Below are positions 1 through 9,365 of a stretch of 64,000 nt of DNA, piece by piece (the stretch's first letter is position 1; each line of letters begins with the position of its first letter). This stretch comes from an uncultured Thiomicrospira sp. (GTDB lineage Bacteria > Pseudomonadota > Gammaproteobacteria > CAKMZV01). The DNA lies in contig OZ239628.1 in the NCBI GenBank assembly GCA_965195345.1, positions 1,216,001 to 1,280,000 on the forward strand, in the 5' to 3' direction. The translations under genes and the position numbers were made by a program. Below the pieces are notes generated by a model, which was not told the origin of the DNA, made no database searches, and was given only the letters and a program-made list of their open reading frames with translations.

Positions 1-666
1 TGTTTCAGGCATTTGTCTTCTTACTTCTTCTCCAATGATTTTTTGAAAATCACGCACCATGACGGGATATGGATGAGGACCAGCAACCGTGCCAATCACA
101 TAAAAAGTATTATCAACATTTTTAACCCAATCACGTAACGCTTCATTTAAAGCATCCTTCAATGTTTTTGTTCCCGAATGAACAGGCACTACTTTAGCAC
201 CGAGCATTTCCATCCGATGCACATTCGATGCTTGTCGTTCAGTATCAGTAGACCCCATATAAACAACGCACTCTAAGTCCATACGGGCGGCAATAGTAGC
301 GCTAGCAACACCGTGCTGCCCTGCTCCTGTTTCAGCAATCAAACGTGTTTTCCCCATACGCTTAGCAAGCATTATTTGACCAATTGTGTTGTTGATCTTA
401 TGCGCGCCCGTATGGTTTAAATCCTCTCGCTTAAAATAGATTTTTGCACCGCCAAACATTTCAGACCATCGCTGTGCAAAATAAAGCGGTGAAGGCCGAC
501 CAACATAATGTTTTAAAGTGTTTTGGATTTCTTTTTGAAATGCAACGTCTTTAGAGGCTTCTTCATAAGCTTTTTCAAGATCCGCTAAAGGTTTTATAAG
601 TGTTTCAGCAACGTACTTGCCACCATAATCACCAAAATAGCCATGCTCATCAGGAAAGGTTTTCAT
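1..666 (-). CDS. trpB: Tryptophan synthase beta chain (5' part; runs off the window)
   Basis: Manual translation from ATG at 666: [23 protein letters not shown]...[14 protein letters not shown] (PLP lysine)...[10 protein letters not shown]...[14 protein letters not shown] overlap with the gloA stop. Missing from the ORF track. Confidence 0.97.
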   Translation of the reverse strand, partial: MKTFPDEHGYFGDYGGKYVAETLIKPLADLEKAYEEASKDVAFQKEIQNTLKHYVGRPSPLYFAQRWSEMFGGAKIYFKREDLNHTGAHKINNTIGQIMLAKRMGKTRLIAETGAGQHGVASATIAARMDLECVVYMGSTDTERQASNVHRMEMLGAKVVPVHSGTKTLKDALNEALRDWVKNVDNTFYVIGTVAGPHPYPVMVRDFQKIIGEEVRRQMPET

Positions 667-1046
667 TCGCGCTCCAATAATTCAATTTCATAGCCATCGG
701 GATCTTGAATAAAAGCGAGTAAAGTAGTTCCTGCGTTCATTGGACCGGGTTCACGGCTTATTACTCCGCCCATAGAACGTATCCGTTCACAAGTGGCGTA
801 TAAATCAGAAACACCTATGGCAAGATGACCAAAAGCATCCCCGTGGGTATACGAATCAGTATCCCAGTTATGCGTTAGTTCCAATGCAGTAACTTCGCTT
901 TCTTCGCCATAAGACAAAAAAGCCAGAGTAAATCTCCCTTCAGGGTAGTCTTTTTGCCGGAGTAATCGCATATCTAAAACATTCGTGTAAAAGTCAACGG
1001 ACTTTTGCAAATCAACGACACGTAGCATGGTGTGTAAAAAACGCAT
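663..1046 (-). CDS. gloA: Lactoylglutathione lyase (glyoxalase I)
   Basis: [26 protein letters not shown] and DPDGYEIEL motifs. Confidence 0.96.
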   Translation of the reverse strand: MRFLHTMLRVVDLQKSVDFYTNVLDMRLLRQKDYPEGRFTLAFLSYGEESEVTALELTHNWDTDSYTHGDAFGHLAIGVSDLYATCERIRSMGGVISREPGPMNAGTTLLAFIQDPDGYEIELLERE

Positions 1047-1105
1047 AATTTAATGTCTAGTAAAGAAAAACTTGAATACGCTAAAAAAATCAAATAAAAA
1101 AGACA

Positions 1106-2023
1106 TCAGAAGTGACGGTAACCCGTAGCTGATTGTGGAATGTCGTCTAAAAAAATACCAGCGTGATCTGTCACTTTGCCTATGATTCTTAAATCGTTGT
1201 GTGATTGTACCAGTTTTTGCATTTCAGGCATCTTCTCTTGATGCACACAGAAACACATTTTATAATCATCTCCACCGCGTAAAATCCAGTCCAATGGATC
1301 AAACCGCGAATCAAACTTCAACTTTTCAAGCTTAGACAATTCACTAAAGGTATTTTTATCCAATTGCGCACCCAAATCACCCGATGCCTTTAATATGTGG
1401 CTTAAATCCTGCAATAACCCATCGGATATATCGATACACGCGCTTGCATAATCTTCAATCCAACATCTCCAGTGCAAATCAATTTTGGGACGCCAATAAG
1501 ATTGATACAACTTATCGCTTAGAACCTGCCCAGTTTGGATTGCTGCCAGTGCTGCTGCGGCAAAACCTAATTCCCCAGTTAGTACTATAGCATCACCTGA
1601 TTGCGCACCTTGTCGCTTAACAATGCGCTCGCACTCCCCTATCAAAGTAACCCCGACCACCTCAGCACCGCTGGTAGTATCACCTCCGATTAGATCGATA
1701 CCGTACTCATCCAAAGCTTGTTCAAAACCTTTTGAAAAGGCTCGAAAATCAAAATCATCTTTGGCACTCAAAGAAAGAGTTGCCCATTTTGGAAGACTGC
1801 TCATTGCAACAGTGTCGCTAACATTGACCGCTATGGATTTATATCCGATGGCATGATAGTCAACGTCTTTAATGGGATAGTGAACTCCGCGCACCAAAGT
1901 ATCTGTGCAAACAGTTTGCAGTTTATTCGAACTTATAACTGCACAATCATCGCCGATACCCAATTTCGTACTCGGTGCTGCGCGTTTAGCAAACAATTGT
2001 TCTATCAATTCGAATTCATTCAT
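1106..2023 (-). CDS. thiL: Thiamine-monophosphate kinase
   Basis: MNEFELI, GIGDDCAV, LIGGDT, IDISDGL, GGDDY and C-terminal GYRHF motifs. Confidence 0.95.
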   Translation of the reverse strand: MNEFELIEQLFAKRAAPSTKLGIGDDCAVISSNKLQTVCTDTLVRGVHYPIKDVDYHAIGYKSIAVNVSDTVAMSSLPKWATLSLSAKDDFDFRAFSKGFEQALDEYGIDLIGGDTTSGAEVVGVTLIGECERIVKRQGAQSGDAIVLTGELGFAAAALAAIQTGQVLSDKLYQSYWRPKIDLHWRCWIEDYASACIDISDGLLQDLSHILKASGDLGAQLDKNTFSELSKLEKLKFDSRFDPLDWILRGGDDYKMCFCVHQEKMPEMQKLVQSHNDLRIIGKVTDHAGIFLDDIPQSATGYRHF

Positions 2024-2287
2024 GATTTATTGTTCTCGGATGAAAGTTATCGACCAACTCTGCTTGCTTAACAGTGTCTGACCAACCGTGATTATATACA
2101 TATACATGCACAGGAGATTATCTATCAAACAATATTTCGTCCCCACTCTAATAACTGGAATCTCACACTTTTTCACTAAAATTTCTAATGCCAAAGTTCA
2201 ACCAAATCAAATTATACGGTGCCATTAAATAATATTCACTATCTAAAAAATCCGCAAGAATCCACAAGATGAAATAGTACTCTCAGG

Positions 2288-2293
2288 TATAAT
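2288..2293 (+). promoter_or_regulatory. Putative sigma70 -10 box of the tRNA gene
   Basis: Perfect TATAAT 10 nt upstream of the tRNA 5' end; no clear -35 box. Confidence 0.4.
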
Positions 2294-2303
2294 TCTTGTC
2301 GCT

Positions 2304-2391
2304 GGAGGGGTGGCAGAGTGGTCGAATGCACCGGTCTTGAAAACCGGCGAGTGTAAAAGCTCCGTGGGTTCGAATCCCACCCCCTCCGCCA
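2304..2391 (+). tRNA. tRNA-Ser (anticodon TGA)
   Basis: GGAGGGG/CCCCTCC acceptor stem, anticodon arm CCGGT-CTTGAAA-ACCGG, long variable arm, GTTCGAATC T-loop, encoded CCA. Confidence 0.97.
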
Positions 2392-2696
2392 TTATCAAAG
2401 ATAGTGGTTCAAGCTCACTAATCTATATTCAATAATCTCACAAAAACGAGGCTTTTTTCCTACTTTCATTTTTTGATACTTTGTATTAAGACAGTTTATC
2501 GTCGAAATATGCTCAGTATCTCAAACGTCTTTTTGGAGGTTCACTACTTCCTTCCCAAGCGACCCTAGAAACTTGCTTTTTAGACTTTTGTATGTTCTGC
2601 TTATGAAGGGGAGTGTTGAGCAGCCATGAATCACAGCACACTGCTTTTCTCTTTAAAGCACGCGAACATAGAGATTAGCATTGAATTGTGGTTTGA

Positions 2697-5681
2697 TTAT
2701 ATTTGGTCGAGCAGCGTTTCATAATCACTAGCAACGAGGTATTTAGCTTCTTCCCCAAGGGCTTTAAAATGTTCGCGACCACATTTTATTTTGTCTTGTT
2801 CACTGCCTTTAAGGAGGTCTTCAATAACGGTACCGGTGTTTGTGTTTTTTGTTTCAACCACAAAATACAAGCGCTCTGCTCCATCCATTTCCATTAAGAC
2901 GGCCCAGTCTGGGTTGTAAGTACCAAGTGGAGTGTCTATCTTGAACCATGCTGGTAGCTTGGCATAGACTTTTACTTCATCGTTAATTTCAAAGGATTGA
3001 GCCAGTTTTGATTCTGTGCCTGAATCATAAACAACGTGGTCATAGATTGAGCGCCCTGTTTCAATCATATTTTTGTTGAGATAGCCTATAAGCTCTTCAT
3101 TTTCAAAAAGCTCCTGAGCATAAAAATAATTATCACCTATTTTTTGGTACTTAATACCATCAATTACAAAACGGCACATTTCACGTTTGATAATGCCCTT
3201 TACCTCATCGATGAATTTTTGAGGGTTATTTTTAAAATCCGCTAAGCGTTCGCTTTTAATCAAAATATCTAATATCGATTTTCGTTTAAGGTTCGTCTCA
3301 TTTTGTAAGAAACTTAAGATATCAGGGATATGATAGTCTCTGACATCATACACGTGCGTACTTTCTTTGCATTCTCTGGTATCTACTCCGCCTCGCGTTA
3401 TTTCAGTTGTAGCCCTGCTATAGGTGAACTTGGTTTTGCCAACGACTAGCGTGTTTTTGATTTTCTCAGCACATTTTTTGATCAACTCTTCAGGATCAAA
3501 ATCAACGTTATAAGTCGTTTTATATTTAATTTTCTCCCACAGTTCCTTAAATTCAGAACTTTCAAATACGGCTTTATTCAAACGCACTGTGCGTTTATCA
3601 CCGCTGTTTTTAATATTAAGTCCGCCAGCTACTCTTTTAAGTGAGCCAAGAATCTGATTGGCGTATTCTGCGTGTTCTTCTGGCAATTCAACAGTATCGT
3701 TTTTTAACGCCACTCTTAGATCATCAGTCACCTTATCGCGCTGGTCGATGTATTTTTCTGTCAAAAGGTGCTGGTGTATTTCCTCTGATTTATCCGCACC
3801 AAGGAACATATCGTTCCCCTCAGCATCCTGAATTACAATATTGGCAAACAAATGATTATCCACGACACCAAAGCGGATGCCTTCTTCGTTCTCAATCTCT
3901 GTTTGTAAGCCTTCAACAAAATCTTCATAGGATTCATTGGCCATGACGGTGAGAGTATTGACCTCAAATCCATGTACACGTTCGCCGTCTTGGTTAACAG
4001 ATATACGAAGCCCACGACCGATCTCTTGGCGTTTTTTGATCGTGGATTTTGTTTCATTTAAGGTGCAGATTTGGAATACATTCGGATTATCCCATCCTTC
4101 TTTCAGCGCAGAGTGTGAGAAGATAAACTTCAGCTTTGAATCAAAACTCAGCAGCTTTTCCTTGTCCTTCATAATTAGAGTGTAAGTGTCCTCATCCGCA
4201 GCAGACGTTCCTTTAGTATCTTTGAATACACCTTTCTGATCAGCAGAGAAATACCCGTTATGAACCTGATTAGGCAAGCTATCTGTATCCATATCAGAAA
4301 AGAGGCTTCTATATTTGGGCTTTTTGATTGCCTTGCGATACTCCTCTTCAAACATACGGGCATATTTACCCTTCTGCTCGGGTGCATCGTAATCACGATA
4401 ATTCGAGACTTTATCAATGAAGAACAGGCTTAAAACCTTAACATCCATCGGAGTAAGCCTTAGCTCTTTATCCAAATGTTCTTCGATGGTTTTGCGAATT
4501 TGTAAAATTTTATATTCATCTTCATTCACTTCACCAATGGCGTGGTGCAGATAAATAGTATCTTCCTTGCTGGTGAAGTCGATATATTCACTACCTTCTT
4601 CACAATAGATATCGTTGACGATATAGCCATCGTAAATGCTACGCTTTGTCAGCTCCATTAAGTCTTGCCCAGATTTGACCCATTTTATTTTTTTCTTGGT
4701 ATTTCCTACTTGCTGAACATCTACTTCAATCTTGGCGCGGTGACCGTTCTTGTTATCGACTGCGAGCAACTTGATATAAGCCTTGTTATGACCGTCTTTG
4801 ACCTGAATGGAGGCAACCTCAATCTGTTTTACCAATTTTTGCTCATACGCATCAATAGAGTCCAGCTTATAAAGCATGTGGTGCTTATCAACATGAGTGG
4901 CAGAATAGCGGAGTGTACATAGTGGATTGAGCGATTTAATCGCATCTGAAGCCTTTGTTGTTGTATCAACGCTTTGCGGTTCATCAATGATTACCACTGG
5001 GTTTGTCTCTCGAATAAGATCAATCGGCACACCCTGCATCTTATCATTCCAACGGTGGATAATATTGGCGCTGGTTTCTTTTGTTTCATCGGTAAAGCTT
5101 CTGCGGAAGGCATCAATGTTGATGACCATGATTTGGATATAATCATTTGTGGCGAATGTTCGAACCTTAGAAAGATCGCTTGAATCGTAGGTGAAATAAT
5201 GAAATGGCGTATTGTTGTATAGCTCCTTAAAATGACCCTCTGTCATTTGCAAAGATTTCAGAACGCCTTCCTTAATCGCGATACTTGGTACAACAATGAT
5301 GAATTTAGTGAAACCATAAAGCTGGTTCATTTCAAAGACTGAGCGCAGGTAAACATAGGTTTTACCTGTTCCCGTTTCCATTTCCACCGTAAAATCGAAG
5401 TTTTTCATCTCGCCTTCGGACTGTTTAAGCCCATTCTTTAACTGGATTTGGCGAACATTTGCCAACACCTCTTCTGGCAATAACTTCAGGCGGTTAGCAT
5501 ATCCATGATCCGTTTGGTTAGCGAACAGATCCCGCGGTGATTTGTCGCTATGCTGGATTGTTGGCATAGAGAATGTGGTTTTATTTAACTCTTGCCCCTC
5601 AAAGACGCGGTAAACAGATTCCAAGGCAATGCGTTGGTGGTTTTGGTTCGGGTCGAATTTAATCTTCATGTTTTTGCTCAT
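2697..5681 (-). CDS. res: Type III restriction-modification endonuclease (Res subunit)
   Basis: Walker A METGTGKT, IIDEPQ, RYSATH, ALKEGWDNPNVFQICTL, QEIGRGLR; C-terminal PD-(D/E)xK nuclease YNPDW...VVETK. Confidence 0.95.
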   Translation of the reverse strand: MSKNMKIKFDPNQNHQRIALESVYRVFEGQELNKTTFSMPTIQHSDKSPRDLFANQTDHGYANRLKLLPEEVLANVRQIQLKNGLKQSEGEMKNFDFTVEMETGTGKTYVYLRSVFEMNQLYGFTKFIIVVPSIAIKEGVLKSLQMTEGHFKELYNNTPFHYFTYDSSDLSKVRTFATNDYIQIMVINIDAFRRSFTDETKETSANIIHRWNDKMQGVPIDLIRETNPVVIIDEPQSVDTTTKASDAIKSLNPLCTLRYSATHVDKHHMLYKLDSIDAYEQKLVKQIEVASIQVKDGHNKAYIKLLAVDNKNGHRAKIEVDVQQVGNTKKKIKWVKSGQDLMELTKRSIYDGYIVNDIYCEEGSEYIDFTSKEDTIYLHHAIGEVNEDEYKILQIRKTIEEHLDKELRLTPMDVKVLSLFFIDKVSNYRDYDAPEQKGKYARMFEEEYRKAIKKPKYRSLFSDMDTDSLPNQVHNGYFSADQKGVFKDTKGTSAADEDTYTLIMKDKEKLLSFDSKLKFIFSHSALKEGWDNPNVFQICTLNETKSTIKKRQEIGRGLRISVNQDGERVHGFEVNTLTVMANESYEDFVEGLQTEIENEEGIRFGVVDNHLFANIVIQDAEGNDMFLGADKSEEIHQHLLTEKYIDQRDKVTDDLRVALKNDTVELPEEHAEYANQILGSLKRVAGGLNIKNSGDKRTVRLNKAVFESSEFKELWEKIKYKTTYNVDFDPEELIKKCAEKIKNTLVVGKTKFTYSRATTEITRGGVDTRECKESTHVYDVRDYHIPDILSFLQNETNLKRKSILDILIKSERLADFKNNPQKFIDEVKGIIKREMCRFVIDGIKYQKIGDNYFYAQELFENEELIGYLNKNMIETGRSIYDHVVYDSGTESKLAQSFEINDEVKVYAKLPAWFKIDTPLGTYNPDWAVLMEMDGAERLYFVVETKNTNTGTVIEDLLKGSEQDKIKCGREHFKALGEEAKYLVASDYETLLDQI

Positions 5682-5692
5682 GTTAAATTCCC

Positions 5693-7570
5693 CTACAGAC
5701 TTTTAACATCATCAATGCCAAAACGCTTAAGCGTTTGCAGGGCATTGGCTTTGACCACATCATCCTTAAAACTATCATCTTTGAACACAACGCGCATGCC
5801 ATCTTCGGGGGCAAGCTCGGCTTTCAGTGCGCCAATGCCATTGACCAGATCCATGGTTATTGCATTATCCAAACACACAACCAAATAACCACGCCCAAGG
5901 ATGAACAGCTTTTTACCGTCAATGGTCTTTTCTTGAATTTTGATGGACAGGTCTAAGCCAAGTTTGATGCAAAGTTCATACAGTATATCTTCGTCTGTGC
6001 GATCTTTAACCAGATAATCAACCGCATCCATCAGGTCGCTTTCAAGTGTGTCAAAACCGGCATCCCATCGTTTGATGTTGGAGCTGGCGAGTTTGAAGAC
6101 TTTAAAGCCAAGATCGCCTTCATAGTCACGGTTTTCTTCTTTGATTTTTTTGCCTGCTCGGCGAATACGTTCTTTAGTCAGTTCTGCAAGTGAATATTCT
6201 AAATTATTTAGATCGCAGAACTCTATAGCAGGTCTATGCTCTTTGACTGTTTTCGTAAGTTTTTCTGGCAATTGAACTAATATGGATCTCAAATGGTTTT
6301 CATGTTCATAAGCAGCATGTGCTGTGGTTCCAGATCCTGCAAAAAAATCAAGAACTAGATCATCATTTTTGCAATTAGCGATTGAAATTAAGCTATCTAT
6401 TAATCTAATTGGCTTTGGATTACTGAAGGTGTTTTTTACACCATTCATTAGTTCTGTTAATATAGTATTGCCTTCTTGATTATGCCCAAATTGTTCATGA
6501 GACCACCAGTTTGTGGCGCATTGACCTTCTTCCTCCCGCTCAAATTTAAAATATTTCTTCCTAGGACAGCCTTTCCCGCTATTGGGAAAGATAATCCTAT
6601 TGTCTTCCATGAGTCTATCGAAGGTGGCTTTTTCTCCCATCCACTCCCCGTCAATAACTTCACCAGATGTTAAAGTTATTTTATAAGCTGAGCCACTTTG
6701 ATCGCTTCCAACTTTCCACGGCTTTGAGGACCAATCACCTCGTGGGTCATTATCTGGATTTGAAAAGTCACCAGTCAGATCTATTTTTCCAACCCCAGAT
6801 TCTTTATGTTTTTTAATATCTTTAGCATAAGCTAATATATGCTCTGCTACTAAGCCGATCATTTTAGTAGGATCATTAGGCTGATTGTGCCTTCTTCTCC
6901 AATGTATATGCCCTTCAAAGTTCTCCTCACCGAAAATTTCATCGCATAACTTTCTTAAATTCCCAATTTCCTGGTCACTGATAGAAATAAAAATAACGCC
7001 ATCGTCCTTCAGCAAATTCCGAGCCAGTTTTAAACGTGGATACATCATATTGAGCCAGTTGGTATGATAACGCCCTGTGGTGTCGGTGTTGGCTGAAAAC
7101 TTATAACCCTCGGCATCTACTTGCCCTGTGTACTTAAGGTAAGTATCGAGGTTGTCTTGGAACTTGTCGGGGTAGATGAACTCTTTACCCGTGTTATAGG
7201 GCGGGTCGATATAGATCATTTTGACTTGGCGGTGGTATGATTTTTGCAGCAGCTTGAGAACTTCGAGATTATCGCCCTCGATAAATAAATTCTCTGTATT
7301 GTCCCAATCAACGCTTTCATCTTTGCAAGGGCGCAGTGTGCCAGTGCTGGGTGTTTGTGCTAAACGACCAGCGTTGCGCTTGCCGTGCCATGTGAAGTTA
7401 TAATGATCTTCATCCTCAACCACATAATTACCAAGCAGCTCTTCCAGCTTGTTAAACTGGATTTTTCCTTCGGAAAAAACGCTGGGGAACAGCTCTTTTA
7501 ATTGTTCAATATTCTGCTCCACAATATCCTTTGTCTTCCCGTCCAGTTTTTCCATTTTTTCTTCGCTCAT
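5693..7570 (-). CDS. mod: Type III R-M adenine methyltransferase (Mod subunit)
   Basis: IEGDNLEVLKLL, motif IV IYIDPPYNTG, WLNMMYPRL, motif I DFFAGSGTT; directly upstream of res. Confidence 0.95.
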   Translation of the reverse strand: MSEEKMEKLDGKTKDIVEQNIEQLKELFPSVFSEGKIQFNKLEELLGNYVVEDEDHYNFTWHGKRNAGRLAQTPSTGTLRPCKDESVDWDNTENLFIEGDNLEVLKLLQKSYHRQVKMIYIDPPYNTGKEFIYPDKFQDNLDTYLKYTGQVDAEGYKFSANTDTTGRYHTNWLNMMYPRLKLARNLLKDDGVIFISISDQEIGNLRKLCDEIFGEENFEGHIHWRRRHNQPNDPTKMIGLVAEHILAYAKDIKKHKESGVGKIDLTGDFSNPDNDPRGDWSSKPWKVGSDQSGSAYKITLTSGEVIDGEWMGEKATFDRLMEDNRIIFPNSGKGCPRKKYFKFEREEEGQCATNWWSHEQFGHNQEGNTILTELMNGVKNTFSNPKPIRLIDSLISIANCKNDDLVLDFFAGSGTTAHAAYEHENHLRSILVQLPEKLTKTVKEHRPAIEFCDLNNLEYSLAELTKERIRRAGKKIKEENRDYEGDLGFKVFKLASSNIKRWDAGFDTLESDLMDAVDYLVKDRTDEDILYELCIKLGLDLSIKIQEKTIDGKKLFILGRGYLVVCLDNAITMDLVNGIGALKAELAPEDGMRVVFKDDSFKDDVVKANALQTLKRFGIDDVKSL

Positions 7571-7601
7571 AGTTTTAAGTCCTTCCGCTCGTTATAGGGC
7601 G

Positions 7602-8603
7602 TTATTTATCTTTTTTGGTTAATTGTTGCTCTAGGGCTTCTAACTCTTTAATATCGTCTTTATCGGCGGCGCGTGCTTCGGCTTTTTTGCGCTTTTTATC
7701 AAAATCATCATAGCGTTCTTCCGCCAATTTTTTTGCAACGCTCATGTGCACTTTGCCTGCGTGGGTTAGCAAATCCCTCTCATTAAATTTTAAAAACGCG
7801 TCCAATTTATCGCCCCAATCATTCATGGATATGGTTTTTCGCTTTTGCGCCTGATCTTCTGCGTAATCCAGATACATTGTCACAATTCGATTGAGTTCAT
7901 CAATTTCATTTTTCTGCAGGTAATTTTTGGCAGTACCAACATCGCCTTTGCGGACAATGCTGCCTTTGAAAGAGGTGACGCCCATGTTTGGCTCAGTAGA
8001 GTTGCTTCTGCCTTCAATCAGTTCCGCTGCAGTTTTTCCCGTGATAGCCCACAACATTTTATTTTGCACTTTTTTGAAGAAAATCTGTGCATGCTCAGAA
8101 TTCTTGTCGTAGTCAATAGCAGTGATGTAGAGGTCTTTAACTTTTTGATAAAACCGTTTTTCCGAGGCGCGAATATCACGGATGCGTGCAAGCCATTCGT
8201 CAAAATAGTCGCATTTATCGGCTTGTTTCAGGCGTTCGTCATCCATGGCAAAGCCTTTGATCAGGTATTCTTTTAATACCGTGTTCGCCCAGCGCCGAAA
8301 TTGCGTCCCTCTGGGCGAGCGTACACGAAAACCGACGGTCATTATCATGTCAAGGCTATACTGTAAGACACTATAATCTTTACCATCTTTAGCAGTTCGT
8401 CGGAAATTCCGACATACTGAATTTTCTTCTAATTCTCCATCAGAGAGAATGTTTTGAATATGTTCGGTAATGGTCGAGCGACCTTTATCAAATAGATCAG
8501 CAATCTCTTCTTGTGTAAGCCAAACGGTTCCGTCTATTGCCGTGAGGTTAATCTGGGCTAATCCATCTTCGGTTTTGTAAATGATCATTTCACCGTTGTT
8601 CAT
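7602..8603 (-). CDS. RhuM-family (virulence RhuM) putative DNA-binding protein
   Basis: TVWLTQEEIADLF, VGFRVRSPRGTQFRRWA, RIRDIRASEKRFYQKV, VQNKMLWA and AKNYL signature segments. Confidence 0.9.
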   Translation of the reverse strand: MNNGEMIIYKTEDGLAQINLTAIDGTVWLTQEEIADLFDKGRSTITEHIQNILSDGELEENSVCRNFRRTAKDGKDYSVLQYSLDMIMTVGFRVRSPRGTQFRRWANTVLKEYLIKGFAMDDERLKQADKCDYFDEWLARIRDIRASEKRFYQKVKDLYITAIDYDKNSEHAQIFFKKVQNKMLWAITGKTAAELIEGRSNSTEPNMGVTSFKGSIVRKGDVGTAKNYLQKNEIDELNRIVTMYLDYAEDQAQKRKTISMNDWGDKLDAFLKFNERDLLTHAGKVHMSVAKKLAEERYDDFDKKRKKAEARAADKDDIKELEALEQQLTKKDK

Positions 8604-8612
8604 AGAATTGCC

Positions 8613-9365
8613 TTATAGTTTTTGCTCGAGTTGCGTGATTGCATCTTGGCTCTCTTTCACTGCAACGTTCAACTTTAGTTTTGTATTGAATTGCGTTTCT
8701 TTTTTTAGCGCGGCCCGCAATTGCGCCATTTCGTTTTCAAGCTCATCAATGCGCCTGAGGTTTTTAAGGCGCGCATCGGTCTCTGTCTTTGTTGTGATCG
8801 TATATGTTCCGGATCGACATGCAGAATTTAATGCAATTACGCGAGACTTCACATCTGAATAGAGTGCGTAGAAGTTCAGGAAAGACAAGTTTTTAATATT
8901 TATATCAGCCATGAACTGACGCGCACTCTGCGCAGGGGCGCTGGGGTTAAACCAAGGCGTTATCCAGTCATCCTCAACCACCCATTTGGCTTTATCAGCT
9001 TGGGAGAGGCGTTTATCGGCAACACTCAAGGCAACCATATCACCATGGCTAAAGATTAAAATTAAAGGGTATGGAATTGCCTTGTTCACGAAGGAGGCTA
9101 TCCGCTTAACGCGTGTGTCGCTGGACAGGTCAATTTGAAGGATTGCCACTTCATCGTATTCGCGGGTTTGGTCTTTGTAAGGCTCGATATTGATGGTACT
9201 AGGCTTCAGGGTATAGAGCCAGCGAATTTTATCAATATCGTCTTTCAGTGCTTTTTTGTCGGTAATATCCAGCATGCCACTTTCTAAAAATAGCTTTTTG
9301 AAAAGCGTTTTACTAAGAAAGCATTTTGGCGGTATGCTGAGGCTGTCAAGGAAGTCTTGAATCAT
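8613..9365 (-). CDS. DUF4391-family protein
   Basis: I.WLYTLKPSTINI, AIPYPLILIF and C-terminal coiled coil KKETQFNTKLKLN; typical position between helicase and mod. Confidence 0.8.
   Translation of the reverse strand: MIQDFLDSLSIPPKCFLSKTLFKKLFLESGMLDITDKKALKDDIDKIRWLYTLKPSTINIEPYKDQTREYDEVAILQIDLSSDTRVKRIASFVNKAIPYPLILIFSHGDMVALSVADKRLSQADKAKWVVEDDWITPWFNPSAPAQSARQFMADINIKNLSFLNFYALYSDVKSRVIALNSACRSGTYTITTKTETDARLKNLRRIDELENEMAQLRAALKKETQFNTKLKLNVAVKESQDAITQLEQKL

Noticed and set aside
5693-7570. Phase-variable mod (phasevarion)
   Set aside because: No simple-sequence-repeat tract was seen in or just upstream of mod.
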